DNA from: Octopus sinensis
Lineage: Eukaryota
Reading direction: 5' to 3'
DNA length: 64,000 bases
Assembly: GCF_006345805.1 (NCBI RefSeq)
Contig: NC_042999.1
Coordinates: 14,570,001-14,634,000 of the forward strand
Shown: positions 1 through 13,256 of the stretch, in pieces
Layout: each line of letters begins with the position of its first letter
Position numbering within the stretch: position 1 is the first letter of the stretch
Program-made: the position numbers and the translations under genes
Notes under the pieces: generated by a model
What the model saw: the letters and a program-made list of their open reading frames with translations, nothing else
Told to the model about the DNA's origin: nothing
Database searches by the model: none

Positions 1-139
1 TCATAACAGTTTTCTGTGAAAACATGTTCAGCCATGGGGAAACATCACCGTGCTTGGAAGTGGAGTGTTTGCAGCTGGAAGGATATCCAGATAAAGAAAA
101 TTTGCCACAGTGAATTCATGCAAGTGGACATTAAAAGGG

Positions 140-185
<46 letters not shown>

Positions 186-186
<1 letters not shown>

Positions 187-350
187 CATCCTCCTCCTCA
201 TCACCATCATCATCATTAGTCCGTTTTTCCATGCAAGCATGGGTTGGATGATTTGACAGGAGCTGGCTAGGCAGAAGACTGCACCAGGCTTCACTTTCAG
301 TTTCGGCAGGGTTTTTACATCTGGATGCCTTTCCTAACATCAACCACCTT
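186..350 (-). mobile_element. Family C retroposon 3' fragment (RTE-LINE 3' UTR-derived, (TGA)n tail)
   Basis: CATCATCAT...CCGTTTTTCCATGCAAGCATGGGTTGGATG...CTGCACCAGGC...GGATGCCTTTCCTAAC is the reverse complement of the 3' end of the RTE copy at 30423-31678. Confidence 0.7.
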
Positions 351-364
351 ACATATAAATGTGT

Positions 365-667
365 GAAGGCATGTGGCTTAAGCACTAGGATATTCAGTTC
401 AGAATCATAACGTCGTGAATTCAATCCCCAGTGGCACATCATGTCCTTGATCTTGACACTCTGTATCTCATTGCTCCAGTTCACTCAGCTGGCAGAAATG
501 AGCTGTACCAGTATTTCAAAGGTCTAGACTTGTCACATTCTGTGTCAGACTGAATCTCCCTGGGAACTATATTATCTGTGAGCGGCCAGCCATTTGCACG
601 TAAATTTTATGAGCTGGCTGTTCAGTTGATCCGATCAACTGGAACATTTGTTATTGTAAACGACAGA
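365..667 (+). mobile_element. Family D tRNA-derived SINE, degenerate
   Basis: Degenerate A/B-box head (GTGGCTTAAGCACTAGG...GAATTCAATCCC), then TGTCCTTGA...CACT...TTGCTCCAGTTCACTCAGCTGGCAGAAATGAG, a block shared with copies at 2828-3116, 27885-28180, 48860-49195 and 55525-55820. Confidence 0.6.
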
Positions 668-677
668 GAACCAGGCC

Positions 678-769
678 TATATATATATATATATATATAC
701 ATATACACACACACACACACACAGAGGCCTGTATATATTTATTTATATATATATACAAGCCTCTCTGCA

Positions 770-827
<58 letters not shown>

Positions 828-850
828 TACACACACACATATATGTATTA
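678..850. repeat. (AT)n/(AC)n microsatellite cluster
   Basis: Visible dinucleotide runs; source of the YIYIYI ORFs. Confidence 0.95.
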
Positions 851-888
851 TATGTATGCCTGTGTATGTAGCTGTACATGTGTATAAG

Positions 889-1219
889 TATGATAATGCA
901 AGTTTGTATATATGGAAATGTATGTATATTGCTACTACAGATTTTTTTTATATCTACTTCTTACATTAAATGCAATTATCCTTAGATCTTTCTCCCTCTC
1001 TAACCAGTGCAGTTTCATAGGGTTTAAAGATTAAATATTCATATGTATGTGTCCGTATGTATGCATATGTATGTATGATAATGCAAGTTTGTATATATGG
1101 CAATGTATGAATATAGCTATTACAAACTTTTTAATATTTATTTTATACACTATATGTAATCTTTTATGGATCTCTCTCTCTAACCAGTGCAGTTTTATAG
1201 GGTTTAAAGTTTAAATTCA
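889..1219. repeat. Diverged tandem duplication, period ~185 bp
   Basis: TATGATAATGCAAGTTTGTATATATGG...CTCTCTAACCAGTGCAGTTT(C/T)ATAGGGTTTAAAG occurs at 889-1040 and 1074-1219. Confidence 0.8.
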
Positions 1220-1671
1220 AATTTACATATAATTATATTTCCTTTCTTTTTTTTCCTCATTTGAATTTTTTTAAGCTGGTAAAAAAAATATAATGACCGA
1301 AATTTCAAAAGAAAAATGAAAGAGAGAAAGATATTAAATGTAAATTTGGATTTGAACTTTAATCCTTATCACGATAAACTTGATATAGTATAGATCCCGA
1401 TGAAAGAAAAATCTATATCTGGACATTTTTAATATTATAATTGCTCTAACAACAATATAAATTTAACTATAAACCACATAGTTGAATGAATATAATATTC
1501 GTAGAAAGCAAGTCACAGAGAAATCAAAGATTAAAGCGGAGGAAATTGAGAGAGAGAGTAAAGCAAAAAAGCAGTAAGGATGGAGTGTGGGGAAATGGAT
1601 ATCTTTGTCTCTTATGATGAATAATATTCAGTACTTGGTAAAGTTGGAGAGAAAAGTATTTGCTTGTTGTA

Positions 1672-2066
1672 ACAGGTGCTGGTGTGACTGTAGTAAGAAG
1701 CTTGCTACTCAACCACATGGTTCCTGGTTCAGTTCTACTGTGTGGCACCTGGGGCAAGTGTCTTCTGCTATATCCTTGGATTGACCAAAGCATTGTGAGT
1801 GTATTTAGTGGATGGAAACTAAAAGAAGCCTGTTTTATAGATATGTGTATGTGTCTGTGTTTGTCCCCCACCATTGCCACTTGACAACTGATGTTGCTGT
1901 GTTTTTGTCCCCGTAACTTAGCAGTTTAGAAAAAGTGACCGATAGAATAAGTACCAGGCTTCCAAAAAATACCAGCAATGGAGTCACTCCATTCGACTAG
2001 CAATTTTTCAAGGTGCTGTTCCAGCATGGTCGCAGTCTAATGACTGAAACAAGTAAAAAATAAAAA
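1672..2066 (+). mobile_element. Family A tRNA-derived SINE, full length, diverged
   Basis: Head GGTGTGACTGTAGTAAGAAGCTTG...GGTTCAGTTC, (GT)-rich middle, CCCCGTAACTTAGCAG...GATAGAATAAGTAC...CCAGCATGGTCGCAGTC...GACTGAAACAAGTAAAA tail; more than 15 related copies in the window. Confidence 0.85.
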
Positions 2067-2827
2067 TACAAAAGCATAACAATACTTGTCGTAGGCTTTT
2101 TTAAAATCAGAACTCATGGCACTGATTACCATTATTGTTAGTGTTCTAGATGAGAGCTGCCATTTCATATATTTTGAGCAGCAGGTATATTTAACTATTT
2201 GGCATTTAAACTGGCCAATTCCAGCCCAAATATTCTACCTGTTTCATGTTCAAACTAGTCAGATCTTGCCTCTCACAACTACTTTACAATATCATTCTAT
2301 AAACAAACAATCACATCATCAAAATATCAAAGCTCAGAGATGATGCATGATTAATATAAAACAATGTGAATAAATAAGCCTTAGATTTGACAGAGTAATC
2401 TGAATGCTAAATGATTAAGGATACATACATAGAAATATTCATACTGACACATACACACACACATACATACATATATATATGCATACATGCAAGGTGCAGG
2501 TATAGCTGTGCAGTTAAGTTCACTTCCCACCCAGGTTCAGTGGTAGCTTAGAAAAATACCTTCTGCTATAGCAGAAGGGAAGGAGATAGACAAAGAACAT
2601 GCTGTCTTCACTTCAGCTTTACCTTCTTGGAGATTTTAGGTGAAATTATACTAAAGTGTCCATCTGTTTTAATTTAATTAAATTCTATGTCTTTATGCAA
2701 CTGAGGATTGCTCTGCATTTAAATTGATGTAATGATTGCATTGTTCAATTAAATGGAGTTGCTTGAAATGATCGTACTGCATTACCTCTGGATATCCTTG
2801 TTGCTTGTTTTGATTATATATGTATAA

Positions 2828-3116
2828 GGAGCACTCTGTTGGTTGCGACGACAAGGGTCCCAGCTGATATGATCAACAGAACAGCTTGCTCATGAAATTA
2901 ATGTGCAAGTGGCTGAGCACTCCACAAACACATGTACCCTTAATTCATAGTTCTCAGGGAGATTCAGCATGAAACCGAGTGTGACAAGGCTGACTCTTTG
3001 AAATACGGGTACTACTCATTTTTGCCAGCTGAGTGGACTGGAGCACCACCAGGAATTGAACTCACGACCTTACGATCATGAGCCGAATACCCCTAACCAC
3101 TAAGCCATGCACCTTC
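2828..3116 (-). mobile_element. Family D SINE
   Basis: Reverse strand reads GGTGCATGGCTTAGTGGTTAGGGG...GAGTTCAATTCC (A and B boxes), followed by the family D body. Confidence 0.75.
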
Positions 3117-4164
3117 GCACACACACACACATATATATATATAATTCATACATATACATTGATACATGTCTACATGGTGGAAGAGTCATTTTAGTCATTC
3201 AAGAAGACAGCAAAACTCTTTACATTCACTTTATGTCTGTATTTTAATAGTTCTGTCTATTCTGATTTCACAAAAAGTTTCATTGCAATTCTCTGACTTG
3301 CTTACTGACGTTATTCTCTTACATCTCAGAGACGTTCAAGTGTGTCAGTACCAATTTGCAGAAGTACAACAAAACTTTTTGAAACCTTATAATAGAGAGT
3401 AACTATAATAGAGAAATAAATGAAAAGTGGATATAAATGATTTTGTGCCTTCTTAAATGTTTCCTCTAATCATTTCAGTTTGAACAGATAGTGACAGTCT
3501 CGGATTAAGCCATTTATCAAACAAGTAAAATTTCGAAAGATATATATATCTTTAGTTATATATCTTTATATATATATATATAAGAATGTGCATTGTCCGC
3601 TTGATTGGAAAATTTCTATAAGCGGCTGAAGATTGCTCGACATTTTAAAACTGATGTAATACTTACAATGTTTAATAAAATGAAGTAGCATGAAATGATT
3701 GTACCACATTACCTCGGATATACTTGTTGCTTATTTTGATTATATATAGCAAATAAGAAAACAGAGGAGAATAAGTGGTTCATCAACTTTTAGACATTAA
3801 GTTATGTTAACTTATTTATTTACTAAACTGATAATTACAATAACTTACATACATATAGCATATAACATATTATTTACATATAAGATATAAAATATTGTAA
3901 TATATAAGGATACCAGTAATTATTATAAAAAACATGAATATATATACATGCACACACACACACACTGACTGTAGAAGTGTGAGATTAGAAAGTGTGCATA
4001 ATTAGACTCTTTAGAGTGGTTTACCCTATAGATCTGAACTATGACAAAGGAGGGGTGGTCATATTTTATGTACCTTGTTTGCCAAATTAAAATATGCACT
4101 GTTGTTCCATTATATGCAAATGCGTATGTATTAAGACAGACATACATATCTAAATACATACATA

Positions 4165-4544
4165 CTCATTCCCTTCCGGTCATTTCAATATGTGACCACC
4201 TGTGTATCGTTGGCAATTTTCTTTCTCCGTCTTCCCTTCTTTGGACTTTTTCTATTTTCCTGACGAAGAGCTCCGCTCAAAACGTAAATTCCTCCTTCTT
4301 TTTTTTCTTTCCTGAGCATCTAATAACACTGTACTTATTCCACGTCCTTACATTGTTGTGTTTTCTCTTTGTTCATGTTTGGATTTTCCCTTCTTTGGAT
4401 CTTTCCTTTTCCTATGTTTCTGACGAAGAGCTCCTCTTGAAACGTTAAACCCTCTTTCTTTCCTGAGCGTCCAATAATACTATACTTGTTCCACGTCCTC
4501 GTGTTTTTGTGTTTTCTCTTTGAGTTTTCATGTTTGGATTAACT

Positions 4545-4545
<1 letters not shown>
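4165..4545 (+). mobile_element. Penelope-like (PLE) pseudo-LTR / retrozyme-like tandem of two ~155-bp units, each with a hammerhead-type core
   Basis: Direct repeats at 4232-4385 and 4386-4540; each has CTGACGA-hairpin-(G/A)AAACGTH (cores start at 4260 and 4420). Confidence 0.65.
4416..4450 (+). ncRNA. Minimal type-I hammerhead ribozyme-like motif
   Basis: GTTT-CTGACGA-AGAG ctc CTCT-T-GAAAC-GTT-AAAC: stem I GUUU/AAAC, intact core, stem II AGAG/CUCU (plus one extra U), palindromic ACGU stem III, predicted cleavage after GUU at 4446. Activity untested. Confidence 0.55.
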
Positions 4546-4860
<315 letters not shown>

Positions 4861-5076
4861 TGTGTGCATTAACCTTTTTCATACTATACTTATGTTGAAA
4901 GACATTTTCTTTCAATTAATTTTAAAAATAACTTTGTCCTTATTAACCTGATCTTTTGGAACATAAATTACCATAAAATTTTGCTGGAAGGTTTTGATTT
5001 AGATTTCTTTAAAACAGGAAGTTTGTATCATAGAATCGGAGGTGGATTCAGGCAGGCTGGTATCAAAAGGGATAAC

Positions 5077-5109
<33 letters not shown>

Positions 5110-6016
5110 AATAATGTGAGTGTATGTATGTATGTATTTTGGCTTTAAGTCACAAGTGTAGCTTTACGGTTAATTAAGAAACATATGTGCTTTACTTTGT
5201 GTAGTGAGTTTTATTTTTTCTGTTTGTACTGCCAAGCTAGTGTGTGTGTGTGTGTCTGTGTGTGTGTGATATCAAGGAATGTATGTATGTATTTATATAA
5301 AGTCTGACAAGTTTTACCTTCAGAGTGCTTTTCGCATGTCTAAAAGCCACACCTAGCAAGGAACTCAGAGTAATAAGTTACAATAAATTTCTTAACCTGA
5401 TATAAAATAACTCTGCGAGTTTCATATTCCTTGTATGTTTAATATAAAGTAATAGTTTTATATTAACCGTATAAAGCTACTATTATTACTGTTGCTAAAA
5501 TACATGTGTGTGTGTGTGTAAGTATTCTGTTATTTCTATTATTACAACTGGAAAGAAAAACTTCATTGACTGGTTCAACATTAACGATATTTGGTTACAG
5601 GAACGTCATAAACATGTGAATGTACCACTGCTTCAATAAATAAACCAACAACTATTTCAATGGAATATATCTGATCACTTAGACTGCACTGGATTTCTAT
5701 TTTCTGCTAGTTTTCCATTGCTGTATTATTGATTTCTATTGACTTGACTCAAAACCAGTTTTGTAAGAGAAGACGCATTGTTTAATTGTATATTTGACCC
5801 CCAGTATATAACTGGTCCTTAGGTTATGGGCTCATGTTGAGAGACAAATTCAGGCACCTAATAGAAATTTTTTTTATATAACAGACGACCTGCTGTGCTT
5901 ACCTTGGATCGTAGGGTGACCTGCTGTGCTTGAGTACATCAACATCAAAATAAATATCAAATGGAAATTGTAGCTGTGATACCTGTGCCGGTGGCACGTA
6001 AAAAGCACCATCTGAA

Positions 6017-6220
6017 CATAGAGGGGACAAACAAGGACAGACAAATGGATTAAGTCGATTACATCAGCACCAGTGCATAACTGGTGCTTATTTAATCAAC
6101 CTCGAAAAGATGAAAGGCAAAGTCAACCTCGGCAGAATTTGAACTCAGAACATAGCTGCAGATGAAATACTGCTGAGCATTTCGCCCGGCGTGCTAACGA
6201 TTCTGCCAGCTCACTGCGCT
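6017..6220 (-). mobile_element. Family B tRNA-derived SINE
   Basis: Reverse complement of GAGCTGGCAGAATCGTTAGCACGCCGGGCGAAATGC...TTCTGAGTTCAAATTC...GACTTTGCCTTTCATC...TTTGTCCCCTCT, matching 45203-45619 and 54478-54710. Confidence 0.8.
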
Positions 6221-6644
6221 TTACACTTATATTACACTTATATTAAGACATTCTTTTCACTTTGCCCTTTTACAAGATCAGCAATTTCTTGTAATTTCTC
6301 ATTGCTGACTGCCAATAACACAGTGTATCATCAGCATGTCTTATATTGTTTATGTTCATGCCATTGACTGTGACTCTTGATTGCATTTGACTCGCTGGAT
6401 ACACACTCAGTTTAGATATTAACTAAGTATGGTGATAACACGTACATGTCTTACACATCTATTTGACTTGGCTGGTTGTAAGTACGTATTAATGACAAGA
6501 CCCAACAAGGTCAAAATACATCTAGTGTTCTTGCTAACTACTGTTGAGATGATATTTCATCTTCCTCTGGAATATATATTTCAGTCCCACTGCGTGGCAC
6601 CTTGGGCAAGTGTCTTTCATAGAAAGAAACTGAAAGAAGCCTGT

Positions 6645-6681
<37 letters not shown>

Positions 6682-6904
6682 GTGTGTGTGTGTCTGTTTG
6701 TCAACGCACAATTGCTTGACAACTGATGCTAGTGTGTTTGTGTCCCTATAACTTCGAGGTTTGGCAAAAGGAACCGATAGAGTAGCTACTACGCTTATAA
6801 AGAATAAGTTCTGGGGTCAATTTCTTTAACTAAAACCCTTTAAGATGGTGCTCCAGCATGGTTGCAACCAAATGACTGAAACGTATAAAAGAATGAATGA
6901 ATGA

Positions 6905-6946
<42 letters not shown>

Positions 6947-7276
6947 CATTCATACATACATACATATAGTGTTTCTAAAGAGAGCATGTTAATAAGAGAT
7001 GTTTATTTTGGATGAAAATCTCAGTAACTTGCCTTATCAACAGTGTACATACATTATGATGTTTTTCCTGTTTATTTCATATCATTACATTTGTGAGAAT
7101 ATCATAATTGGTTATAGATTTCTAATAGGACAAACACTAGTTCATTGTATTTCCAATACCATGAGTGATAAAACAGTTTTTGTTTTAACTGGAGCAGAAG
7201 AAAATATCCCAAGGTATATTTATTCATCAACTATGGTTTAATGTCTAAGTTTCTGAGCTGAAGAATTGTCATAGGT

Positions 7277-7660
7277 GCAAGCATGGCTGTGTGGTGAAGA
7301 AGATCACTTCCCAGTCATCTGCTTTTGAGTTTAGTCCTACTAAAGGACACTGTGAGCAAGTGTTTTCTGCTTTAGTTCTAGGCCAACAGGGAAACTGAAA
7401 GAAGCCTGCCTTGTGTGCATGGTGGTGGTGGTGGGTACGTGTTTTTATTTCCTTGCCTTGACATTACTTGGTAGTTGCAAACAAATTTTGCCATCTGTCA
7501 AGACGTGTCTGTCCATTAGGACAATAGTACTTTGCTTGGGGACAGGTGATGGTTGGTGTAACAGCAAGGGCACCTGGCCATAGCAAATCTGCCTTAATGA
7601 GTTCTGTCTGACCCATGCAGGCAAAGTAAAGTGAATATCAAAATGATGATGATGACATTC
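7277..7660 (+). mobile_element. SINE with family A tRNA head and alternative RTE-type 3' half (family E), ending in (TGA)n
   Basis: GGTGCAAGCATGGCTGTGTGG head, GAAACTGAAAGAAGCC, then CCTTGCCTTGAC...GCAAATCTGCC...TCTGTCTGACCCATGCA...AAATGATGATGATG. Confidence 0.6.
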
Positions 7661-7664
7661 AGAC

Positions 7665-7888
7665 TCATCATCATCATTATCATCATCATTTAACATCCGC
7701 TTTCCATGCTAGCATGGGTTGGACGATTTGACTGAGGTCTGGCAAACCAGATGGCTGTGCCAGGCTCCAATCCTGATCTGGCAGAGTTTCTACAGCTGGA
7801 TGCCCTTCCTAACGCCAACCACTCCAAGAGTGTAGTGGGTGCTTTTACATGCCACCGGCACGAGGGCCAGTTTGGTAGTACTGGCAAC
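7665..7888 (-). mobile_element. Family C fragment
   Basis: (CAT)n TTTAACATCCGCTTTCCATGCTAGCATGGGTTGGACG...CCTAACGCCAACCACTCC...GTGGGTGCTTTTACATGCCACCGGCAC. Confidence 0.85.
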
Positions 7889-9334
7889 GTAATGTCCTCA
7901 ACTATGTAGAAGGGATAGATTGTTCTTCAGTTGTGTTGGGTATTTGTGAAGCTAGAGAGAGAGAGACTGGAGTGTTGAGTGGAACAACTACTTCAAGACT
8001 TGGTAGTCTTCAGTGCTCCAACTATCCAATTAGTTTAAGATGAACCACTTCTACACCCCCATCATCATCCCACATCCAGAGCAAGGTCCTTCCTTATTTG
8101 ATGTAGCCACACTTCTGGTGCCACCTCAGAGGAATGCAGAAATTTTCCATTTTTGTTCTATACGTTGCCTTTAATATTATTTGTCTTTATTGAATGTTAA
8201 CTTCAGCTTCCTGAAGACAACTAATATCATTTGATTTCATTTCCTATGGGTCTATCTATAATGGAGTGGGGGAGGGGGAGACAAAGAAGGAAAAAAGGAC
8301 GAAACACTTTTCTTTATGCTTGACAGAATATAAGGATGATTTTAAAAAATTATTTCGAATGGTAATTGTTTTCTTTCCTCACAAATTAGATACAATATTT
8401 TCTGTCTTTTTCATCCTGTGCTTTCTTCTTCTAATGTTAATTTACATAAATTTTAAAATAACTCAATTATGTTGCAGGAAAAAAAAAATTGCTTTAATCC
8501 AATTTAAAAATAAAAAGATGCACAAACAAAAAGAGAAGTTAATAATAATATTAATGATGATGATAATAATAATAATAACAACTTGGAATGGGTGGTGTTT
8601 GGTGCATCTGCATTCTTTTTAAGACTTACCTACTATATACAGACAGATATTAGCACAGACATGATATTCAATAGAAAGAAGTTAATGATGCTTTGATCAA
8701 TATTTGACCTTAAAAACTTGTCTTCTTCTTGTGAATATCTTTCCTTCCAGCAAGATAAGACTAGACAGAAAGTAGTCATGAAATAATAACAATAAAAATC
8801 TATAGAGAGATATTAAACTAAGTATTGGTTAACTAATCTCAATGAAAACTCTTTAAAGCTACTTATTTTATAAGATGGTTCATATGAGATATTTAACTAC
8901 ACGTTTTGTGGCTGATATTAACAGCTGTTTCTTTTCCTGTCGTTCACAAATGATCTGTGTATTTATATATAAAGGGTTTTACTGGAAGGCAGATTCTATC
9001 AAAACATAATAAATCTTTGATTTGTTCATATGTTATAGCTTAATGGAAATACTGATTTAATATAAAAACCTAACTATATTTCCACATGGACATTTTTTGG
9101 TTTCTAAAAACACAATTTGTGATGATGAGAACAATTACTCTGAGACATGCAGCTGGCTCTGTTAAAAAAGATGATTTCTATCTTTTTCCCCAATTTTATC
9201 TTCACTCTCAATGACCATATACAAACTTGGTGTGAAAAGGTACAATTTTGAAAACTGTATAAATATACAACTTTGTTTCACAGCAGTAGTATGAATGTTC
9301 TAACTCTCTCAAACCTTGGCCCAAGTTTAAATCT

Positions 9335-9955
9335 TTTATCTCTTCTACTTGTTTCAGCCATTTGACTGTAGCCATGCTTGAGCACCACCTTTAGTCGAGC
9401 AAATCGACCGCAGGACTTATTTTTTGTAAGCCTAGTACTTATTCTATTTGTGTCTTTTGCCGAACTGCTAAGTTACAAGGACGTAAATACACCAGCTTCG
9501 GTAGTCAAGCGATGTGGGGGTGGGGGACAAACACAGACACACAAACATATACACACACATACATATATACAACGGGCTTCTTTCAGTTTCCGTCTACCAA
9601 ATCCACTCACACGGCTTTGGTTGGCCCAAGGCTATAGTAGAAGATAGTACTTATTCTATCGGTCTCTTTTGCCGAATCGTTAAGTTACAGGGACATAAAC
9701 ACACTAGCTTCGGTAGTCAAGCGATGATGGGGGGGGGACACACAGACACACAAACATATACACACACATATATATATACATATATACGACAGGCTTCTTT
9801 CAGTTTCCGTCTACCAAATCCACTCACAAGGCTTTGGTCAGCCTGAAGCTATAGTAGAAGACACTTGCCCAAAGTGCCATGCAGTGGAACTGAACCCGGA
9901 ACCATGTGGTTGATAAGCAAGCTACTTACCACACAATGACTCCTACGCCTAACTT
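9335..9955 (-). mobile_element. Family A SINE with internal ~212-bp tandem duplication
   Basis: AGTACTTATTCTAT...CAGTTTCCGTCTACCAAATCCACTCAC...GCTATAGTAGAAGA occurs twice (starting near 9434 and 9646). Confidence 0.85.
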
Positions 9956-10593
9956 TACATTCCACCTGGACTCCTGAACAAAAAAATATATTGTTGCATT
10001 TGCAGCTCAAGAGTAACGATTGCAGGTGAACTAAAGGACAGAACCAACTGCATCTTCTTTTCCAACATGTATTGTTCAATACCTTTTTACTGAGAATCCA
10101 ACAGGGACAATGTCTAACCTATTCTCACTATAGCAGGAATATGGTAAGACAGGGATTATCATATAAACGTTACATTTCCATGTTGGATTTATGGAAAAAG
10201 AATACCAATAAACAAATCTGGACTAAGTAGTATTTTCTGGGTAGTTAATAGGTACCATAATGTCTCAACGGAATGGTATAATATAAGGAAAAAGTAATTG
10301 AAAAATAAATTGATGTTGGCTAATGAGCCTGAAAGCAATCATTCTATAACTTAGAATAAAAGCAATCATTCTATAACTTAGCTTGGTTTTAGTTACTGTT
10401 TCTGGTATATACTCATCTGCCAGTTCTGCCATAACCCAATGAAGGTTTTAAATATAAATATACTTTGGTATGGTGGATATTTCCGTTTTTATTCTATTTG
10501 ATTTGAAGATTACCCACCATTCTACCTAAAACCATATATGTAGGTATATATAAGTATATTATTATGTATTGTGTGTGGGTGTATATATATATT

Positions 10594-10630
<37 letters not shown>

Positions 10631-11491
10631 TTGTAAAAAAGGAAGTTCGAAAATGCTGCTGTATTATACAATTTTTAATTTTTATATTACATTATAACAT
10701 GTTTCAGTTCCTGAAATGAACTTTATCAAAAAAAGTTATATATAAAAAAAGACAGCTCATGCCGTCAAACACAAGAAATTCATTTATAATACACACGGAG
10801 TCAGACATCTTAGAGTTCAATATATTGATATATAGTTCATGTATAGTTGATATATAGTTTGAAGTATATGTTCAAAGTGTTCGATGCAGTGGCCCACGGT
10901 GGCGATACGTATTCAATACAAAAAACAGATCAAAGTGGTGGAAAGCGGTCAATACAGAAGATTGATGTTTCCGAAAGAGCGAGGAATTCATTTTTACCTT
11001 AAGCAAATGTGATGACCCATGGTGTATGTGTGTGACCCATATATGTATGTGTGTGTTTGAACAAGTTGTACTGGATTATATGTTACCTGTAGCACACAAG
11101 ATTGATCTGACATAATTACATGTGTGTGAATATGTATTTACATGTATATATAACTGTTTGTGTGTAAATATGTATAAAATTAATTTCATATCCACTTATT
11201 GCATGGTAGCATGAGTTAGACAGGAGTATTGGTGTGGAAGTATTCTTCAACTGGATACTCTTTCTGTCTCCAACGATCAAAAGGTGTATTCAAGTATGAT
11301 ACTTATTTCTCTGGGATTTTGGACAACATACCATTGGACATGTTTTATGGGCAGAAGCAAATAGTGACATCACCATATAAGCAGTAGCACCGTTACAAAT
11401 TGAGTAAGGCAAGCATACAGTAAGTGAAGCCAGTCAAATCAGATAACAATGAACTCAAGTACTTTAAAAGGCTTTCAGCAATTTTGAAACC

Positions 11492-11976
11492 AATCATCAT
11501 CATCATTGTTCGACCGTGGTCGAGACAATGGAATTTACCATGCTACGCCAGACTTCACAGTCCATCATAGCATTACGGAGGTCCTGTTGCTGGATGCCTG
11601 TATCCCTGGAGATTACATCAGGGTAGGAGAGTGTGCGCCTTCTGGTATTGCAAGTAGATGGCTTCCAGAGGAGAAGAGTAGAAATTACCTCTTTTTCAGC
11701 TCTACAACAATGTCCAACAAACTGGACTCTCCTACCTTTCACAAGAGATGACACAGGTGGTAGTTTCCCATATATTTGCATTGTGGTTGGATGGCGCTTC
11801 CACGAGATATTTTGAGCTCTCATAAGGAGGCGAGTGTAGGTTCCATCCAACTGCCTCTCAAGCTTCTTTGATAACGTCCAGGTTTCTGAGCAATATAGTA
11901 GAATTGGTTCGACTGTGGCTTTGAAGATTTCAAGTTTGAAGTCTCTACTTAGATTTGATGACCAGATCTTATGCAT
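11492..11976 (-). mobile_element. 5'-truncated RTE-clade LINE encoding the RT-proximal C-terminus, uninterrupted frame
   Basis: MHKIWSSNLSRDFKLEIFKATVEPILLYCSETWTL...GRRVQFVGHC...RRRTLSY...VWRSMVNSIVSTTVEQ*. The LLYGxETW and RRLxFxGH-like motifs are typical of RTE-type LINEs; the stop codon runs straight into a (TGA)n tail. Confidence 0.85.
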
Positions 11977-13073
11977 GAACTGTATTCTATACTTGTAAAA
12001 GTGTATAAACTTCCTATTTTTGTTATATTGACTGCTCTTCACATTGATATATGAAGCTTTCATAATCACAATATATATATATATATATATTTCATTTGCT
12101 TGCATTGTAGGTATTCAATCTTCTTATTGTATAAATGCGGTCATCGTAAATAGATATCCACTTAATAAATTTCTTTCTTGAATGACTATGCACAGTTTAG
12201 GTGTTATAATAATTACATGAAATTGTTTACTTAATAAATATTTACTCATATGAGACACCTCTACAACTACTAGTAATCCATCACTGGGAACATTTCAAAT
12301 TCCTTTTTCTTCTTTCCTCCTTCTGCAGCTGTTTAAACCTGCCAAAGTAAAGAAAATAAGTTTTTCAATTTAAAAGCAGCGTATAAAATGATATTCTGCA
12401 AATGTTACATTTGAAAAGCAAATTGCTTGAGCTATCTCGCCCAGAACTTTCATGCATATATACATATATATATAAATTTACATATGTGTGTGTGTGTGTG
12501 TCTGTCTGTCTGTCTGTGTCTGTGTATTAACAGAATATATAATATATATATATATTCTGTTAATTTTAAATCCATTATTTATTCATAATTTTAAATGAGA
12601 AATTCAGAAAGGCAGGATATCATTATGTTATTAAGTTTATTATGCAGAATTATACTAAATTAACCATTTCATTTCTGAACAAAGTTTGTTTATTTGTATT
12701 AGAGCATTTGCACACTTTTTATCTAAGGAAAAGAAATCCTCATCTCTCTCTCTCTCTCTCTCTTCCCCTTTATGCATATGCATAAACACATGATTAGAGA
12801 AAAAAAAATGCATCCTTGCATTAAGACATGCTCAGATGCATATATATACATATATATATATATATCTAAGCATACACATACATTCATCCATTCCTTGTGT
12901 ATATATGTATAAACATATATTCATTCTCTCACTCTTTCACACACTGAATGCAGTACATGTACACAGTATCATAGCAATAGGGTGAACATAGTTTACAAAA
13001 AGAGAGTAAAAGTTATATTTCTTTGAAGAATATACGTAGGAAATGCTTGAAAGAGAATTTCTTTTGTGATAGT

Positions 13074-13078
13074 TATTA

Positions 13079-13113
<35 letters not shown>

Positions 13114-13222
13114 GTTGGTGGTGTTGTTGTTTTTGTTGCTATGGTTGTTACTATTTGTTCATTTAGTATTCTTTCGGTTTTTTTTTGTATGTCTATTTTC
13201 CAAGCTGTATTCAGTGTTCTTG

Positions 13223-13256
<34 letters not shown>

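Noticed and set aside
10332-10381. 23-bp direct repeat AAAGCAATCATTCTATAACTTAG (two copies)
   Set aside because: A simple slippage duplication. It has only two units, so it is not CRISPR-like, and no CRISPR array or prokaryotic feature was seen anywhere in the window.
10694-10731. Minus-strand TTGATAA-AGTTC...GAACT-GAAAC-ATGT-T hammerhead-like motif, plus a fragment ACCGAAACATGTA near 15314
   Set aside because: The core CTGANGA is doubly mutated or absent; at best a PLE fossil.
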